DNA of 64,000 nt from a bacterium (GTDB lineage Bacteria > Cyanobacteriota > Vampirovibrionia > Gastranaerophilales > CAZEDP01). Below are positions 63,294 through 64,000 of this stretch, one piece after another. Below the pieces are notes generated by a model. It was not told where the DNA came from and ran no database searches. It worked only from the letters and a program-made list of their open reading frames with translations. The position numbers and the translations under genes were made by a program. Every line of letters begins with the position of its first letter. The first letter of the stretch is position 1. Location: positions 7,906 through 71,905 of the forward strand of contig JAZDPZ010000060.1 in assembly GCA_043797105.1 (NCBI GenBank), in the 5' to 3' direction.

Positions 63294-64000
63294 ATGGTTG
63301 ATATAAATAATGAAGCAATGATTACTTATGAATCTGTAGAATCTGCCCTTAAAAAATATATGAAAGAAATAGAGGGTAAAACGCTTGGATATGAAGAAAT
63401 AAACATAGAGGATTCATTAGGAAGAATTTTATATGATGATGTAATTGCTCAGTATGATTTGCCTGCATTTAGTCGGGCTTTAATTGACGGTTATGCTGTT
63501 AATTCACATGACGTTATATTAGCTGATTCTCAAAATCCTGTTACCTTAAAAATTATCGCGGAAGCGCAGGTTGGATATGTTGATGAGCTTATTATTTCTG
63601 AAAAAGAGGCTGTAAAGATTTCAACAGGCGCAATGTTGCCTAAAAATGCTGATTCTATAGTAATGCTTGAAAATACAATATCTGAAGGCAATCAGGTTAA
63701 AGTTTTTAAAAGTGTGATTGTAGGTGAAAACATTGCCCAAAAAGGCGAAGATATTTCCATTGGAGAACTGTTCATCAGAAAAAAAAGAAAAATCAGAGCG
63801 CAGGATATTGGTGGAATTATTTGTCTGGGATTTAGAAAAATCAGAGTTTTTAAAATGCCGGCAGTTGCTGTTATTCCTACAGGGAATGAATTGATTCCTA
63901 TTAATGTTACTCCCAAACTTGGTCAATTACCTGAATCAAATACTTATGTGTTAAAAGGTCTGGTCGAGCAATTAGGCGGAATTAGCAAAATACAGCCTAT
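63294..64000 (+). CDS. moeA: Molybdopterin molybdenumtransferase MoeA (N-terminal part; runs off the window)
   Basis: My own translation from ATG 63294 gives MVDINNEAMITYESVESALKK...LPAFSRALIDGYAV...ISTGAMLPKNADSIVMLE...VAVIPTGNEL... There is no stop before 64000. Confidence 0.85.
   Translation, partial: MVDINNEAMITYESVESALKKYMKEIEGKTLGYEEINIEDSLGRILYDDVIAQYDLPAFSRALIDGYAVNSHDVILADSQNPVTLKIIAEAQVGYVDELIISEKEAVKISTGAMLPKNADSIVMLENTISEGNQVKVFKSVIVGENIAQKGEDISIGELFIRKKRKIRAQDIGGIICLGFRKIRVFKMPAVAVIPTGNELIPINVTPKLGQLPESNTYVLKGLVEQLGGISKIQP

Noticed and set aside
1-64000. The many 60-140-aa ORFs antisense to or overlapping large genes (e.g. 8590..8829, 23350..23622, 24529..24885, 25852..26193, 43208..43621, 16013..16315, 52492..52860, 62576..62893)
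   Set aside because: They lie entirely inside well-supported conserved CDSs on the other strand or in another frame. Their composition is low-complexity and hydrophobic-biased, as expected for shadow ORFs in AT-rich DNA, and they have no RBS or domain signal.
1-64000. CRISPR array formed by the recurring hairpin repeats
   Set aside because: The repeats are dispersed singly or in pairs across 60 kb, not in regular repeat-spacer periodicity. Copies diverge in sequence, and no cas genes are present.
1-64000. tRNA, rRNA, tmRNA, RNase P or SRP RNA genes in the intergenic gaps
   Set aside because: I scanned every gap longer than 80 nt by eye. None has a T-arm-like GTTCRAATC motif with a matching acceptor stem or any long GC-rich structured segment. 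The few GC-rich stretches are accounted for by the repeat families. A covariance-model scan (tRNAscan-SE, Infernal/Rfam) would be the decisive check.

Overview
This is a 64-kb, gene-dense bacterial chromosomal window that is visibly AT-rich (roughly 30% GC by eye, not computed). I call 61 protein-coding genes, two of them cut by the window edges. I found no rRNA, tRNA, CRISPR array, integrase or transposase. Most content is housekeeping: nifU-nifS, aroC-aroK-aroB, tig-clpP-clpX-lon, mutS, gap-tpiA, class I fumarate hydratase, B12-type class II ribonucleotide reductase, pepA/pepP, rplI, mtnP, trpF, dxr, deoC, moeA, thiE and tatC. It also carries lptC and an lptA-like gene, a motA-motB stator pair, a prepilin-type protein, and an ECF sigma / anti-sigma / Spy-like triad. 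My best guess at the source is a non-photosynthetic relative of Cyanobacteria (Melainabacteria/Vampirovibrionia-like). That rests on a short cyanobacterial-style Hfq-like protein, YggT/Ycf19, SpoIID and an N-terminally extended ThiE, alongside flagellar-stator and LPS-transport genes, and it is inference only. Two things go beyond routine annotation. (1) At 49.0-55.3 kb, two colinear 600-aa cobalamin-type radical-SAM paralogues sit head-to-head. Both have a non-canonical CX4CX2C cluster motif and share a 57-nt perfect inverted repeat across their 5' ends. A co-transcribed 110-aa coiled-coil protein lies between them, and a GT4 glycosyltransferase and a BioY-like transporter flank them. This is my top candidate for an uncharacterised system. 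(2) At least five short repeat families (A-E) fill nearly every longer intergenic gap. Family A hairpins exactly bracket a 99-aa GIY-YIG nuclease gene, an arrangement resembling a REP/RAYT unit, and the window also holds ORF-less and single-arm derivatives. Family C is a MITE-like element with TTAA flanks, modular cores and a nested insertion. Family E sits 5' of three minus-strand genes and of two terminator-bounded candidate sRNAs. Smaller observations are an apparent frameshift in an Fe-alcohol dehydrogenase gene, repeat-encoded gene ends (thiE, hfq-like), and a 1.1-kb AT-rich non-coding island upstream of tig.
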